This document shows positions 10,253 through 19,700 of a stretch of 59,958 bases of DNA, piece after piece. The stretch's first letter is position 1. Each line of letters opens with the position of its first letter. This DNA is from a virus (lineage: Duplodnaviria; Caudoviricetes). The position numbers and the translations under genes are program-made. The notes below the pieces were generated by a model. That model was not told the DNA's origin, made no database searches, and was given only the letters and a program-made list of their open reading frames with translations. Where the stretch lies: IMG/VR virus record IMGVR_UViG_3300025131_000039, positions 1 through 59,958 of that record; one strand, written 5' to 3'.

Positions 10253-10288
10253 AGTAAGGAGGGTGGCTAACGCATCACCCCCCTCACA
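10253..10288 (-). terminator. GC-rich hairpin after capsid gene (probable partial terminator/stabiliser)
   Basis: Imperfect gtgag...gggtga / ccaccctccttac stem immediately after capsid stop; no strong U-tract. Confidence 0.45.
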
Positions 10289-10298
10289 TTAGTTGCCT

Positions 10299-11198
10299 TT
10301 AGCTTCCAGCATTTCCACGCCAGCCTCTCCAATCGGAAACACCAAAACTATATCGTTCTCGTGCTTTAAATCGAAGATTGCCAGTGTCGAAATCTGGCTC
10401 CATTTTTGTCTGAAGTGGAGTACGTGCAAACATCTTTGTACCATTAGGAACATCGGTCTTTACAAACCAATCATCAGTTCCAGTGAAACGCCTATTGACA
10501 TAGAATCCTTGTGGGATCATGCCCATGTGACGAGTGGCATTGATATCATTATTAGAACCACCGGGTTTGCCGGGAGTATTTAAAATGGTATCAGCAATAT
10601 TCCATGAGTCAACAGGAATATGCAAAGATACAGCACTTGCACCTATGAGGATACCACGATCATCCTTGGTCTTTTGGACGTTGGTGATAGCAGTTTCAAG
10701 AGTTGCAATAGCCAATGCACCAGCAGATTCCAGATTGCTCTGGTTCCCATCCGAAATGGTAGGATGAGTAGAAGCAAAGAATGCAACACCATCTCCAATT
10801 GTATCGGAAAATCCGTTGGTAAACAGATTAGCAGCTTTGACTTCCTTGGTATTTGCCATTGCACGAGCCAAACCTCTGGCACGTAACTTAGCAAACGTAT
10901 CATACAAGTTGTCTTCCATTGCTTCTTCTGTAATTGCAAAAGCTAGAGCTACAGTCTCTGCCGTATACCGGGCAGTATAACTCTCTTGTGCATCATCATA
11001 GGTAACAGCAGCCCCTTCAGATTTAACTGGAGCCGTGCCGAAACCTGTAAATAGAACTTCTTCTTCAAAGGCTCTGTCAGAGTTTTCGGTGTCATAAAGT
11101 GCTTTATGCTCATCGTCAACCTGACCGTATTCCAGCCCAAAGACGGCATTTAAACCGGGGAGAAGTTCTTTAGCAATACTAGCTCTATTAACAGCCAT
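10299..11198 (-). CDS. Major capsid protein
   Basis: MAVNRASIAKELLPGLNAVFGLEY, SDRAFEEEV, DFDTGNLRFKARERYSFGVSDWRG: capsid type I recognise from HMO-2011-like marine podoviruses. Confidence 0.9.
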   Translation of the reverse strand: MAVNRASIAKELLPGLNAVFGLEYGQVDDEHKALYDTENSDRAFEEEVLFTGFGTAPVKSEGAAVTYDDAQESYTARYTAETVALAFAITEEAMEDNLYDTFAKLRARGLARAMANTKEVKAANLFTNGFSDTIGDGVAFFASTHPTISDGNQSNLESAGALAIATLETAITNVQKTKDDRGILIGASAVSLHIPVDSWNIADTILNTPGKPGGSNNDINATRHMGMIPQGFYVNRRFTGTDDWFVKTDVPNGTKMFARTPLQTKMEPDFDTGNLRFKARERYSFGVSDWRGWRGNAGS

Positions 11199-11216
11199 AG
11201 TTTATCTCCTTCCTAG

Positions 11217-11834
11217 TTATGCCGTTGAAACTGTTGCAGTTGCAAAACGATCCCTGTGCGTGGGTAACCAGACCTCAAGCATTGGATATTGGTCAAGTCC
11301 GTCTGTACCTTCATTCGGATCTTTAGCATATCCAATAACTCGCACATTACCTACAATGGTTTCTACACCAGCAGCCGAAGTTTCTACGAAGAACGCAGAC
11401 TGACCTGTAGTAGTACTACCAGCAGAAGCTGTCGAAACAGTTGCCGTATAATTAAGTACTTTACAAATCTCTCCATGACTACAAGTTGCATTACCTTGAA
11501 TGTAATACGTCTGATCAGGATCAGTTATGACATGGAACTCAACACTGGTTGCAGCCGTGATAGCTTCACCGGGCCAATAACGTGACCAAGTTGGCTTACC
11601 ATCCGTATCTACATAGTTACAACCAACGAATACGCCAGAAGGCTTCAAGGTTGCACCGATAGATTCCGAAATCGTACCACTAGCTTCAATACAGATTAAG
11701 TCACCAGTATACAGTTTCTTAGGAGCACGAGTTATAGTAGTCGGTGAGATAACACTTGACATCCCACCTGTATTATAATTCTGCCCCTTCTTACGAGCAG
11801 GAAGAAAGCCACGTAATGCTCTTGTACTAGACAT
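11217..11834 (-). CDS. Capsid-associated (decoration/minor capsid) protein
   Basis: GVFVGCNY.D, V.TDP...Y.IQ, GSTTTGQS motifs; directly upstream of capsid. Confidence 0.6.
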   Translation of the reverse strand: MSSTRALRGFLPARKKGQNYNTGGMSSVISPTTITRAPKKLYTGDLICIEASGTISESIGATLKPSGVFVGCNYVDTDGKPTWSRYWPGEAITAATSVEFHVITDPDQTYYIQGNATCSHGEICKVLNYTATVSTASAGSTTTGQSAFFVETSAAGVETIVGNVRVIGYAKDPNEGTDGLDQYPMLEVWLPTHRDRFATATVSTA

Positions 11835-11862
11835 TATATTTCTCCTTCCAATTGTTTATGGA

Positions 11863-12354
11863 CTACTCCTGAAAAGTAGGAGTCCGTCCTTTAAATGTTC
11901 TCGATTTACTACTATTGGAAATAGGCATCTGAGAATTGGAATGCCGCATTAATTGTGCATTAACAGCTTCCAACATATCGTTGGCCTTAGTCCTATAGTG
12001 TTTTCTTTTGGCCTCTAGCTTTACCGTGGGTATCTTACCCAAAGCAATGTCTCCACGACAGACAACTCCAGCATATCGGCCTTCTTCTCTCACGGTAGAA
12101 GTGGCTCCCATTTCAGGTACTTCTTCAGGAGAAACAAACTCCCATCCTTGCTGTTGTTTCTTACCAACTTCTTGGTAATCATCCTGACCATTAAGAAGGA
12201 TACGTAGCCAACCAAGAGACATATCTTGCTGACGATATCTTTCCTCAACTTCACGAGGTATATAAGTTGCGTTTGGTTCTTCAAAGACGTATTCTGTTTC
12301 TTCTCTGGTTTCGTTTTCCCTAGTCTGAGAACTACGTGATTCAATACGTGTCAT
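11863..12354 (-). CDS. Conserved head-module protein
   Basis: WLRI...GQDD...GWEFV...G..LGKIP; between scaffold and capsid genes. Confidence 0.6.
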   Translation of the reverse strand: MTRIESRSSQTRENETREETEYVFEEPNATYIPREVEERYRQQDMSLGWLRILLNGQDDYQEVGKKQQQGWEFVSPEEVPEMGATSTVREEGRYAGVVCRGDIALGKIPTVKLEAKRKHYRTKANDMLEAVNAQLMRHSNSQMPISNSSKSRTFKGRTPTFQE

Positions 12355-12369
12355 AATTTCTCCTCCACG

Positions 12370-13323
12370 TTACAGTTTAATTGCTGTGTATTCGCCATCG
12401 GAGTTTTCCACCTTGGCTTTTTCAGCAGCATATTGTTCAAGCGGTATACCCCAGTTCTGTGCTAACCTTACATCTTCTTTAGTAAGTTTAACTTTCCCCG
12501 GAGCTGGAGTGGAACGTGACGCTCCAGCTACCACTTGAGCAGGTTTAGACGGTTGTTCCTGCACCGAACTTTCTTTGACAGCAGCGTTAAACTTGTTTGG
12601 AAATGTTTCCCTAATCCTGCTATCAATCTCTTTATAAAACTCTGGATCACTTGGATCAAACCCTTCTTCTTTTAGTTCTGCATCTAATGCAAGTGCGGCT
12701 GCGGTCATTACCCTATCTTGTCCGAACCAATCATTATTCTGTGACCATTCAATGGCTCGTGGATCTGCTGCGCCTTGCGGTTGAGCTGGTTGCTGTGGTT
12801 GTTGAACAGGCTGTTGAGGCTGCTGTTCAAACTGAGCCTTAGTAGCACCTAATGATTTTAGATCATTCTGTGCTTCATTTAAAAATTCCTGCGCTTGAAG
12901 AATCTTACTTGTATCACCTTCTTCATGTGCAGACTTATAAGCGGCTCTTGCCAACTCCATCTTATCTGTAAGCTGCTTCTCATTTGCATCTAGTTGCAGT
13001 TTACTAATGTTAGTAAATTCTTGTTCTCTAGTAGTAAGTCTACCAGTTAGTTGCTCGTTCTGTTGTATAAGTTGAGAGATCTGGTCATCTCTATCCTTAC
13101 GTTGTTTTATTAATTGTCGTATTCTTTTCTGAGCACCCTTAGTTTCAATACCATCTAATTCTTCAGGCTGCTCTGGTTTTGTTTCTTTTTGCTCTGTATC
13201 AGAAGGAGCTTCAACTTCAGTCTTGGCTTCTACTGATTTATCTTCTTCCACCTCAAATTCTACTTTAGGTGTATCTTCCTGACTTGGTGATTCCACCTCA
13301 GTCCACTCTTCTTTCTCAATCAT
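12370..13323 (-). CDS. Capsid scaffolding protein
   Basis: Acidic N-terminus, coiled coil (QKRIRQL), DP.A..W...N.WFG.D, GIPLEQYA; position. Confidence 0.7.
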   Translation of the reverse strand: MIEKEEWTEVESPSQEDTPKVEFEVEEDKSVEAKTEVEAPSDTEQKETKPEQPEELDGIETKGAQKRIRQLIKQRKDRDDQISQLIQQNEQLTGRLTTREQEFTNISKLQLDANEKQLTDKMELARAAYKSAHEEGDTSKILQAQEFLNEAQNDLKSLGATKAQFEQQPQQPVQQPQQPAQPQGAADPRAIEWSQNNDWFGQDRVMTAAALALDAELKEEGFDPSDPEFYKEIDSRIRETFPNKFNAAVKESSVQEQPSKPAQVVAGASRSTPAPGKVKLTKEDVRLAQNWGIPLEQYAAEKAKVENSDGEYTAIKL

Positions 13324-13373
13324 TTTAATTCCTTTCGCTGCTTACGAAGCATACGTGTTTACGTCCTTATTCT

Positions 13374-13402
13374 ATTATACTACATTAAGTCTAAATGTGC
13401 AA
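13374..13402 (-). promoter_or_regulatory. sigma70-type promoter for scaffold/capsid operon
   Basis: TTGCAC-17nt-TATAAT on - strand. Confidence 0.65.
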
Positions 13403-13405
13403 GTG

Positions 13406-13828
13406 TTAAGAACTAGATGTTAGATTAAATGTAGGGTCTAAGTCTTTAGGATGTTCTACTGTACATATAACCTGATCATCAAATAATAAAATAAGCCTTA
13501 CAGATTTATAGAATAGTTTCTGACCAGCATGTTTAGCATAGCATACATAGTCACCTTCCTGACACCACCCTCCATTTGGGAATCTTGTCTCATCGTAATA
13601 TGCCAAATCTCCTAAAGATAGAACTTTACCTACCGTTGTGAGATATGCCATATCGTCCTTAGTTGAATCAGGTAGCATAATACCACCCTTTGTTACACCT
13701 TTTATACTTATGGGCCTAACTAAAATATGAAAGCCCGGTATCTCTGGTAGAGGACTGGGATCTTTGACCTCATCCTCTGTGATCCACATATCATTCTTGA
13801 TAGCGTTTCCTAAATGTACCTGTTGCAT
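13406..13828 (-). CDS. groES: GroES-like co-chaperonin
   Basis: ILVRP...TKGGIMLPD...GKVLSLG...GDYV.YAKHAG...LLFDDQV. Confidence 0.85.
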   Translation of the reverse strand: MQQVHLGNAIKNDMWITEDEVKDPSPLPEIPGFHILVRPISIKGVTKGGIMLPDSTKDDMAYLTTVGKVLSLGDLAYYDETRFPNGGWCQEGDYVCYAKHAGQKLFYKSVRLILLFDDQVICTVEHPKDLDPTFNLTSSS

Positions 13829-14020
13829 TTACTCCTCTTCATCGTACATACGTTTTTTAATAATATCAGAGAATATTTGTCTACTCCACTCAATACCTGC
13901 TATCTGTCCTACAATTTGTCGATACTGTGCATAACCTTCCACAGTACCTTCACCAAGAACATTCTTCAGTCTATTAAGTTCGTAGTTATATTCTTTGATA
14001 ACCTCATCCCAAATTTCCAT
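13829..14020 (-). CDS. Hypothetical protein
   Basis: Y..YRQIVGQIAG motif; coupled to groES. Confidence 0.6.
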   Translation of the reverse strand: MEIWDEVIKEYNYELNRLKNVLGEGTVEGYAQYRQIVGQIAGIEWSRQIFSDIIKKRMYDEEE

Positions 14021-14023
14021 TAT

Positions 14024-14224
14024 TTATTTAGGATATTTCCATGAAGATGGATCTCTCTGGTTTAGCACACCCTTTTGTGGTCTAGCACCAGCACCGCCAT
14101 CTTTAATAGATTTCTTAGTGGGATCTCCATATGCACCACCATCACCATTAGGTACATGCGTAGGATAACCATCTGTCACACCCTTAACATCGTTAGGGTA
14201 GTGCGCTCCTATATTTCTAGGCAT
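14024..14224 (-). CDS. Hypothetical protein (MPRNIG...)
   Basis: RBS aggag upstream of ATG 14224, overlaps portal stop. Confidence 0.5.
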   Translation of the reverse strand: MPRNIGAHYPNDVKGVTDGYPTHVPNGDGGAYGDPTKKSIKDGGAGARPQKGVLNQRDPSSWKYPK

Positions 14225-16817
14225 CTTCTTCTCCTTTCTGTGTAGCTGCATTTGCAACAACACTATTTACAACATCCATTGTTGTGTGTAGACTTTTATC
14301 ATTTACATCAGCAATTTTTTGCATAACTTCTGTTGTTATTTTCTTTGCATCAAGATCCAGTTTCTGTTGACCAAGAGCAATCTTGACCATCATATCTACT
14401 GACTTTAACTTATTCTTTTCTTGTTCTGTAGCAGCCTTGGTGAGCAGATCAACGGCCTTCATAGTTTCCTTACTTGATCTATCCAGATCTGCTTTCTCCT
14501 TACGGAACTTAACATTAACACCTTCTGATACAACTTCTTTCATAAGTTTAGCTTCTTCCAGTTGTAACTTCTGTGCATCCAATGCAGCTTCAGCCGCATT
14601 CTGTGCAGCTTCCATTTGTATCTTCTGCTGCTCTAGTTGTACTTTATGCTGTTCCAGAATAACCAGTTGCTGTTCTGGTGACTTAGCTTGACCTGCTGCT
14701 TTATTAGCATTCAGTATCTGTTGTGCAGCATAGGTCATTACACCTTCAATTGCTTCTGGCTTCTGCTCTGGCATCTGCTCCATAGCCATCTTGGTAATAC
14801 CATCCATCTGCTCCTGATACTTATGTACCATGTGCTCCTGAATATTAGCTTCCAATATAGGTCTAACACGCTGCATAGTAGGACTTCCACCATTCATGGG
14901 ATCTTGCAAGTAGGCCATCTTTATTTGAACGTGTGCATCATGGTTCTGACCGGGGAATGCTGCAATGGGCATTCCTTTCACAGCAGCCATGATATCGGAT
15001 ACTGGATCAAGATTCTGTGGTTTTATCTTGGGCGGCAGTATCTCTTCCAAGTTCGGCATATTTGCCGCATTCAATATTGTTCTACTTAATGCTTCCATAT
15101 TGAACATACCGGGGGGTGATTGCTGTGCCATTTGCATAGCCATTTGTGCAATCATAAGGCGGTGAGCATTAGATGGAATATTGGGATCGCTAACAGGGAT
15201 AACGTCCACTCTTCCATCAAAGTCAGACTTAAATATACTCCGACTTTCAAACGGCACATCATAGGGATATTCACTTGGTAGATAGTCGTAGTCTATTCTA
15301 GCAAGAATCCTAAATTCATCTCTCTGGGATTTATGCAATCGTTTATGGATTGCAGAGAAGAATTTACTGGACGCTTCCAGTAGTGCCATTGTTGTACCTA
15401 CTGGTCCGTAAGAAGATGCTTCCGATACAATTTGTTCTGTACTGTCTGCAAACTTCTGACCTGCTGTTGAAACAAATCCCAACATCTGGAACAAGGTCGA
15501 GGAAGGCTCTTTGTAGGGGAGAGGAACGATAGCCTTTGCCAAGTCCACACCTGTAGATTCAACTTCTTTAAACTCACCGGGGCTAATAGGATCATTGTCA
15601 CCAACTACCCTAACACCTTTAGCCTTGAACCCACCCGGCAGGTTCGCAAATTGACCTGCATCAATAAGACTTCTCATTGCTGCTGTAGCACTCATGGTAA
15701 GATTACCAAGGAAGTGCATAAGGCCAAAGCCGTAGAAACCAAAACCCGGTACAAACCGATAATGTACAAAGTGATTTATCTTTTCCTTATTTGTATCGTC
15801 AGGTTTATAGTTTCTACGAACACATAAAACTTTTCTTGATTGTTCTTCTACTGTTACAATATAGGGAAGTGCTATTCCCTCTTCTTTATTTGGTTCATCT
15901 ATCTCCAGATAACAATGCTGTTCCAGTAGTACATACTGTGGATCTGTATCCTGTGTTGGAGAGAACCCTAGTATTGTATCCATCTTGGATGCAAATGCAG
16001 TAGGTTCAGGATTAGATGCTTCTGGTAAATCTGTATCTGAATATATTCCTGAACGAATATCTTTTGCCAGATCAATAGGACTACGATAGATTACATGTGT
16101 ATACCTGTCAGCTTTGGAAAGATTACTGGAATAATAAGATACGTAAAACTGGTCAATAGGAACAAATTCTGACACTGGTCGTTTAAGATTTGCATCGTAG
16201 TATACTTTCTTAAATGCGGAGCCTATTAGTGGAAGATGGAAAAGCATCTTCTCAAATTCGTCAAAGTACTCTGGCATCTGCTCTGTGAGCTGGTAATTCA
16301 TAAAGTTCTTGACACGATTGGCTTGCATCTCTCTATCTGGAGTGGACTTGCCAAGTATCTGTGTCTTGATCGGACCTGCCGATGGAAACAATTCCTGTGA
16401 TGCTTTACTTTGGAACTTAACGGCTGACTCTACCAGTAGTGGATGTACTGCTGTACAGGCACCATCGAATGGTTCTGATGTTTCCTGTATCTTTAAACCT
16501 AGGAGGTCAAAGCCACGTTCAAACATAGACTCCCATTCCTGCCGGGAGTTCTTATCTGCATCGTAGTTGTTATATACATTCTCTGCTATTTCTTCCAGAG
16601 CATCATCATCCAGATCTTCTGCAAGATTAGCATACCATTCCTTTACAGGAGCTTCTGCTTCCATAACAACAGTCTTAGTAAAATCTACTGTTACGCCACC
16701 ATCTGGATCTAATTCAAAAGTAGCTTCCTGTTCCTCACTTACAGGATTAGCATCCATAGGAATTACATTTGCAACTTCCTGTGGTATCTGATCGTATGGA
16801 TTTCTTTCTGTAGCCAT
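14217..16817 (-). CDS. Portal protein
   Basis: GFDLLG..., PFDGAC.AVHPLL.E, NFMNYQLTE.MPEY, GSAFKKVYYD, PVGTT.ALLE; long coiled C-terminus; follows TerL. Confidence 0.9.
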   Translation of the reverse strand: MATERNPYDQIPQEVANVIPMDANPVSEEQEATFELDPDGGVTVDFTKTVVMEAEAPVKEWYANLAEDLDDDALEEIAENVYNNYDADKNSRQEWESMFERGFDLLGLKIQETSEPFDGACTAVHPLLVESAVKFQSKASQELFPSAGPIKTQILGKSTPDREMQANRVKNFMNYQLTEQMPEYFDEFEKMLFHLPLIGSAFKKVYYDANLKRPVSEFVPIDQFYVSYYSSNLSKADRYTHVIYRSPIDLAKDIRSGIYSDTDLPEASNPEPTAFASKMDTILGFSPTQDTDPQYVLLEQHCYLEIDEPNKEEGIALPYIVTVEEQSRKVLCVRRNYKPDDTNKEKINHFVHYRFVPGFGFYGFGLMHFLGNLTMSATAAMRSLIDAGQFANLPGGFKAKGVRVVGDNDPISPGEFKEVESTGVDLAKAIVPLPYKEPSSTLFQMLGFVSTAGQKFADSTEQIVSEASSYGPVGTTMALLEASSKFFSAIHKRLHKSQRDEFRILARIDYDYLPSEYPYDVPFESRSIFKSDFDGRVDVIPVSDPNIPSNAHRLMIAQMAMQMAQQSPPGMFNMEALSRTILNAANMPNLEEILPPKIKPQNLDPVSDIMAAVKGMPIAAFPGQNHDAHVQIKMAYLQDPMNGGSPTMQRVRPILEANIQEHMVHKYQEQMDGITKMAMEQMPEQKPEAIEGVMTYAAQQILNANKAAGQAKSPEQQLVILEQHKVQLEQQKIQMEAAQNAAEAALDAQKLQLEEAKLMKEVVSEGVNVKFRKEKADLDRSSKETMKAVDLLTKAATEQEKNKLKSVDMMVKIALGQQKLDLDAKKITTEVMQKIADVNDKSLHTTMDVVNSVVANAATQKGEEDA

Positions 16818-16851
16818 AAATTTCCCCTAAATAATTCTTCCCATTACTTAC

Positions 16852-16880
16852 ATTATACACCTAACTACGCCAGTACGCAA
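16852..16880 (-). promoter_or_regulatory. sigma70-type promoter upstream of portal
   Basis: TTGCGT-17nt-TATAAT, -35 inside end of terL. Confidence 0.55.
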
Positions 16881-18402
16881 CCCTTTTCTTCTTTGGAACA
16901 TCATCATCCCATTCTGGATCTTCAGGATGTGTAAGATGCCACGACTCTCGCATGAAATGTACAGCCATAGTCAGGGCATCTACCTGATCATCATGAGCTG
17001 CATTGGGAAACTGTATCAGTTCTTCCAAGAGATCATCAGCCCACTTCTTATGTCTGGGTATCCAAACCTTTCCTGCTTCCATCATGGGAGAGGCTGCATA
17101 TACACGGCTAACCTTATCCCTATCTGGCAGATATTCTCTTACTGGTAGTCCACTTCTACGCATATCCTGTAGTAGCGACTGACCACTGGCTTTCTTCTCT
17201 ATGATACAGACATCAGGTTTGAAATCATTGTACAATACCTGTGATATCCTACGTAATTCAGGATATTCAAATCTTCCCTTCATATTACCCAGTAATATCA
17301 GGTTAGATACGTAGGCTTCTGCTCCATCTTCATCCTGATCGTACATGGAAAATATACCCCATGTCTGAATTACACTGTAATCTGCTGTGGTTTTCGTGGA
17401 GAAAGCCGTATCGTATGTCTGTAGGACAAAATCACACGTAGGAGGCTCATTGTAATCCCACCATTTTATCCATTTCTTCTTTATAAGCCCACCTTCCTCT
17501 GGAGTAGGGTTCTGCATGTACAATGCATTCCAGTAGCGTGCTCCATTGGAGGCTCTAATCTCATTCTCATCTATCTGTAGTACTTCATCTGGCTTCCATT
17601 CTGGAAAGTAGGACGATCCCACTGGTAGCTTTAAAAGTTCTGCTGCTTCATCATCTAGCCATGCAGGTATTCGTACCACCTCCCACGGAATAGTTTCATA
17701 TTCGCTCATATCCTCTTGCTGTTTTAGAAGCCATCCACATAAATCATCAAAATGATACCTTGTATTAATAATTAATATGGAACCGTTTGGCATTAAACGA
17801 GTTCGTAGACCAGCAGGATACCATTCCTTGACATATCTACGGCCAGCTTCGGAATATGAATCCTCTTCGGACATCACATCGTCCAATATCGCTATATTAG
17901 CCCCTCGTCCTGCAATTTGGCTACGGACCCCGGCTGCATAGTACGTTCCACCTTGGTTTGTTTTCCACTTCCCGGCTGCACGTACATCTGTTCGTAGAGA
18001 AACACCCTTGAAAATGTTCTGAAACTCTTCCGAATTGACAACATCACGTACAGAACGGCCAAAATCACTAGAAAGTTGATCAGAGTGAGACACAGTAAGA
18101 ATTTCATGTTGTGGATTTCTCCCTATATACCACGCTGGAAACAATTTGGAACAAATAACAGACTTCGAACTACGTGGTGGTAGGAACACCATTAGTCTTT
18201 TGATCTCTCCAGACTCTAATTGTTTTAATTTATTAGATATTAGCTCAATATGTCGTCCCATCTTCCAATCGGAAACAAGAATTGGAGCCATTAGTCGAAC
18301 AAATGTTAGGAAATCAGTCTGAGTACTCTGTAGTATACTTAGATTTAACAGGTTATTAAGATCTAAGTATGAAGATAATTGTTGTTCTTGTTGTATTTCC
18401 AT
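16861..18402 (-). CDS. terL: Terminase large subunit
   Basis: PPRSSKS Walker A-like, ILDD Walker B, ALYMQNP, DTAFS..TTADYS, FPNAAHDDQVDA nuclease motif. Confidence 0.95.
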   Translation of the reverse strand: MEIQQEQQLSSYLDLNNLLNLSILQSTQTDFLTFVRLMAPILVSDWKMGRHIELISNKLKQLESGEIKRLMVFLPPRSSKSVICSKLFPAWYIGRNPQHEILTVSHSDQLSSDFGRSVRDVVNSEEFQNIFKGVSLRTDVRAAGKWKTNQGGTYYAAGVRSQIAGRGANIAILDDVMSEEDSYSEAGRRYVKEWYPAGLRTRLMPNGSILIINTRYHFDDLCGWLLKQQEDMSEYETIPWEVVRIPAWLDDEAAELLKLPVGSSYFPEWKPDEVLQIDENEIRASNGARYWNALYMQNPTPEEGGLIKKKWIKWWDYNEPPTCDFVLQTYDTAFSTKTTADYSVIQTWGIFSMYDQDEDGAEAYVSNLILLGNMKGRFEYPELRRISQVLYNDFKPDVCIIEKKASGQSLLQDMRRSGLPVREYLPDRDKVSRVYAASPMMEAGKVWIPRHKKWADDLLEELIQFPNAAHDDQVDALTMAVHFMRESWHLTHPEDPEWDDDVPKKKRVAYWRS

Positions 18403-18455
18403 TAAGTCCCTGTAGTAACTATGTACTTTATCTCTTAATTAGCTTTATAAGTCTA

Positions 18456-18484
18456 ATTATACACTATATACTCTCTATGCACAA
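18456..18484 (-). promoter_or_regulatory. sigma70-type promoter upstream of terL
   Basis: TTGTGC-17nt-TATAAT on - strand. Confidence 0.6.
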
Positions 18485-18694
18485 GTAATTTTTTTAGTAG
18501 CTCGGAAGTTATTGATAAGGTGGACTAATTATTAGCCCTTAAATTTTGGTAAATATGTGAGAGGGTGGTTATATATATATATATGCACATGCGTTCTTGC
18601 GGGTGGGGGCGCATGAAGACTTTAAAAGTCTTGACAAGTCTTGAAAAAAAGATACCTTGACCCAAAAACAACTACTAAGTAGTAGTTGGACGAA

Positions 18695-18740
18695 ATAAAA
18701 AACTACTACTTAGCTTTCTTTGAAAGCAGTAGTTTTTTAT
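18695..18740 (+). repeat. Type B bulged hairpin (stem-ACTTA bulge-GCTT..AAGC-stem)
   Basis: ataaaaaactact/agtagttttttat plus gctttc/gaaagc; same architecture as 19089-19138. Confidence 0.7.
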
Positions 18741-18854
18741 AATAGATTTTGGAGTTGACGATGGAGATTGTGGAGTTCATCGAAGATGGATCTCTTCAGT
18801 CTCTTCAGAGACTTTAAGGCTGCTGCCAACTACTTAACTAAGTAGTTGAACTAG

Positions 18855-18905
18855 CTAATAAATACTTGGTAGGGAGTTCTTACGAACTACCAAGTAGTTT
18901 ATTAG
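18855..18905 (+). repeat. Type A intergenic hairpin H1
   Basis: ctaataaa-tacttggta-ggga-gttc TTAC gaac-taccaagta-g-tttattag. Confidence 0.85.
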
Positions 18906-18940
18906 AATTAGGATGAACCTGACGAATTGGAGATTGCCGA

Positions 18941-19096
18941 ATGATGAATAGAAATTGGAGAATTGAGCAGCTTATTCAAGCCAAGAAAGAGTTGGATAGA
19001 CAACTATCAATGGGAGTTGACGGCTTGGAGCATCATGGTCAACTACTGGACTACGAAGCAAAGCTTCTGGATGTAGAAACCGCTTTAACTAAATAA
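18941..19096 (+). CDS. First early gene, 51-aa helical protein
   Basis: Own translation MMNRNWRIEQLIQAKKELDRQ...; ggag RBS. Confidence 0.55.
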   Translation: MMNRNWRIEQLIQAKKELDRQLSMGVDGLEHHGQLLDYEAKLLDVETALTK

Positions 19097-19138
19097 TACT
19101 ACTTAGCTTGGTTAAGTATACCAAGCAGTATTATTTAG
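19089..19138 (+). repeat. Type B bulged hairpin
   Basis: ctaaataatact-actta-gcttggt...accaagc-agtattatttag. Confidence 0.75.
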
Positions 19139-19352
19139 AATTTAGGAAGGAGATTGTCCGATGGTTTAAGGTTATGTCCGAAGAAGTGATCTGTGGCTAC
19201 TCTCTGGAGCCACGGCTATGGGGCAAAGCAGGATGACAGAGAGGCGGTAGGGAGAAGATAAATCGTCAATCCCTACCGTAGGAAAGAGGAGCAGCTATGC
19301 TCTTGAAATAGTTTGGCGTACCTTTTTCAACTCAAATCCGAAAGGAAATATC

Positions 19353-19553
19353 ATGTCTTTTGTAATGCAAGCTTTTGTCGATGGTGAATGGAAAAACATT
19401 AACCGTGGAAAAAACCAACATCAAAGAACTTGGAAGAAGATCAATTCTGAGTTGCCAGTTAGAGTTGTTCACTCTAACGGCTCTTTCAAAGTCACCTCTA
19501 ATGGTGAAAAGTTGGAAGGAACAGGCGAAGCCTTGTCCTTTGTGGCAAGGTAA
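19353..19553 (+). CDS. Early hypothetical protein
   Basis: Strong RBS gaaagga; 66 aa. Confidence 0.65.
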   Translation: MSFVMQAFVDGEWKNINRGKNQHQRTWKKINSELPVRVVHSNGSFKVTSNGEKLEGTGEALSFVAR

Positions 19554-19562
19554 TCTTGCAAA

Positions 19563-19614
19563 CTAATAATACCCTGTAGTAGAGTATCTTACGATACTAC
19601 AGGGTAATTATTAG
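19563..19614 (+). repeat. Type A intergenic hairpin H3
   Basis: ctaataat-accctgt-agtag-agtatc TTAC gatact-acagggt-a-attattag. Confidence 0.85.
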
Positions 19615-19700
19615 AAAGTTGTCTTTGATGAGCCACATTGAATGTGGTTCATTTAAGCTAACTTATCTTGAGTTAGTTTACCAAAGTACTGTGTACTTTT

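Larger units (their letters stand above)
18485..18940. other. Divergent non-coding control region; candidate genome terminus/origin
   Basis: Strand switch; (TA)7 run 18570-18584, G-rich hairpin 18588-18615, many ACTAC/GTAGT palindromes. Confidence 0.5.

Noticed and set aside
13338-13352. tgcttacgaagca hairpin in scaffold leader as a member of the TTAC hairpin family
   Set aside because: Only 5 bp, opposite orientation relative to transcription, lacks the long stem
19620-19660. Hammerhead ribozyme (tgatgag plus hairpin)
   Set aside because: Lacks CUGAUGA and the GAAA core after stem II
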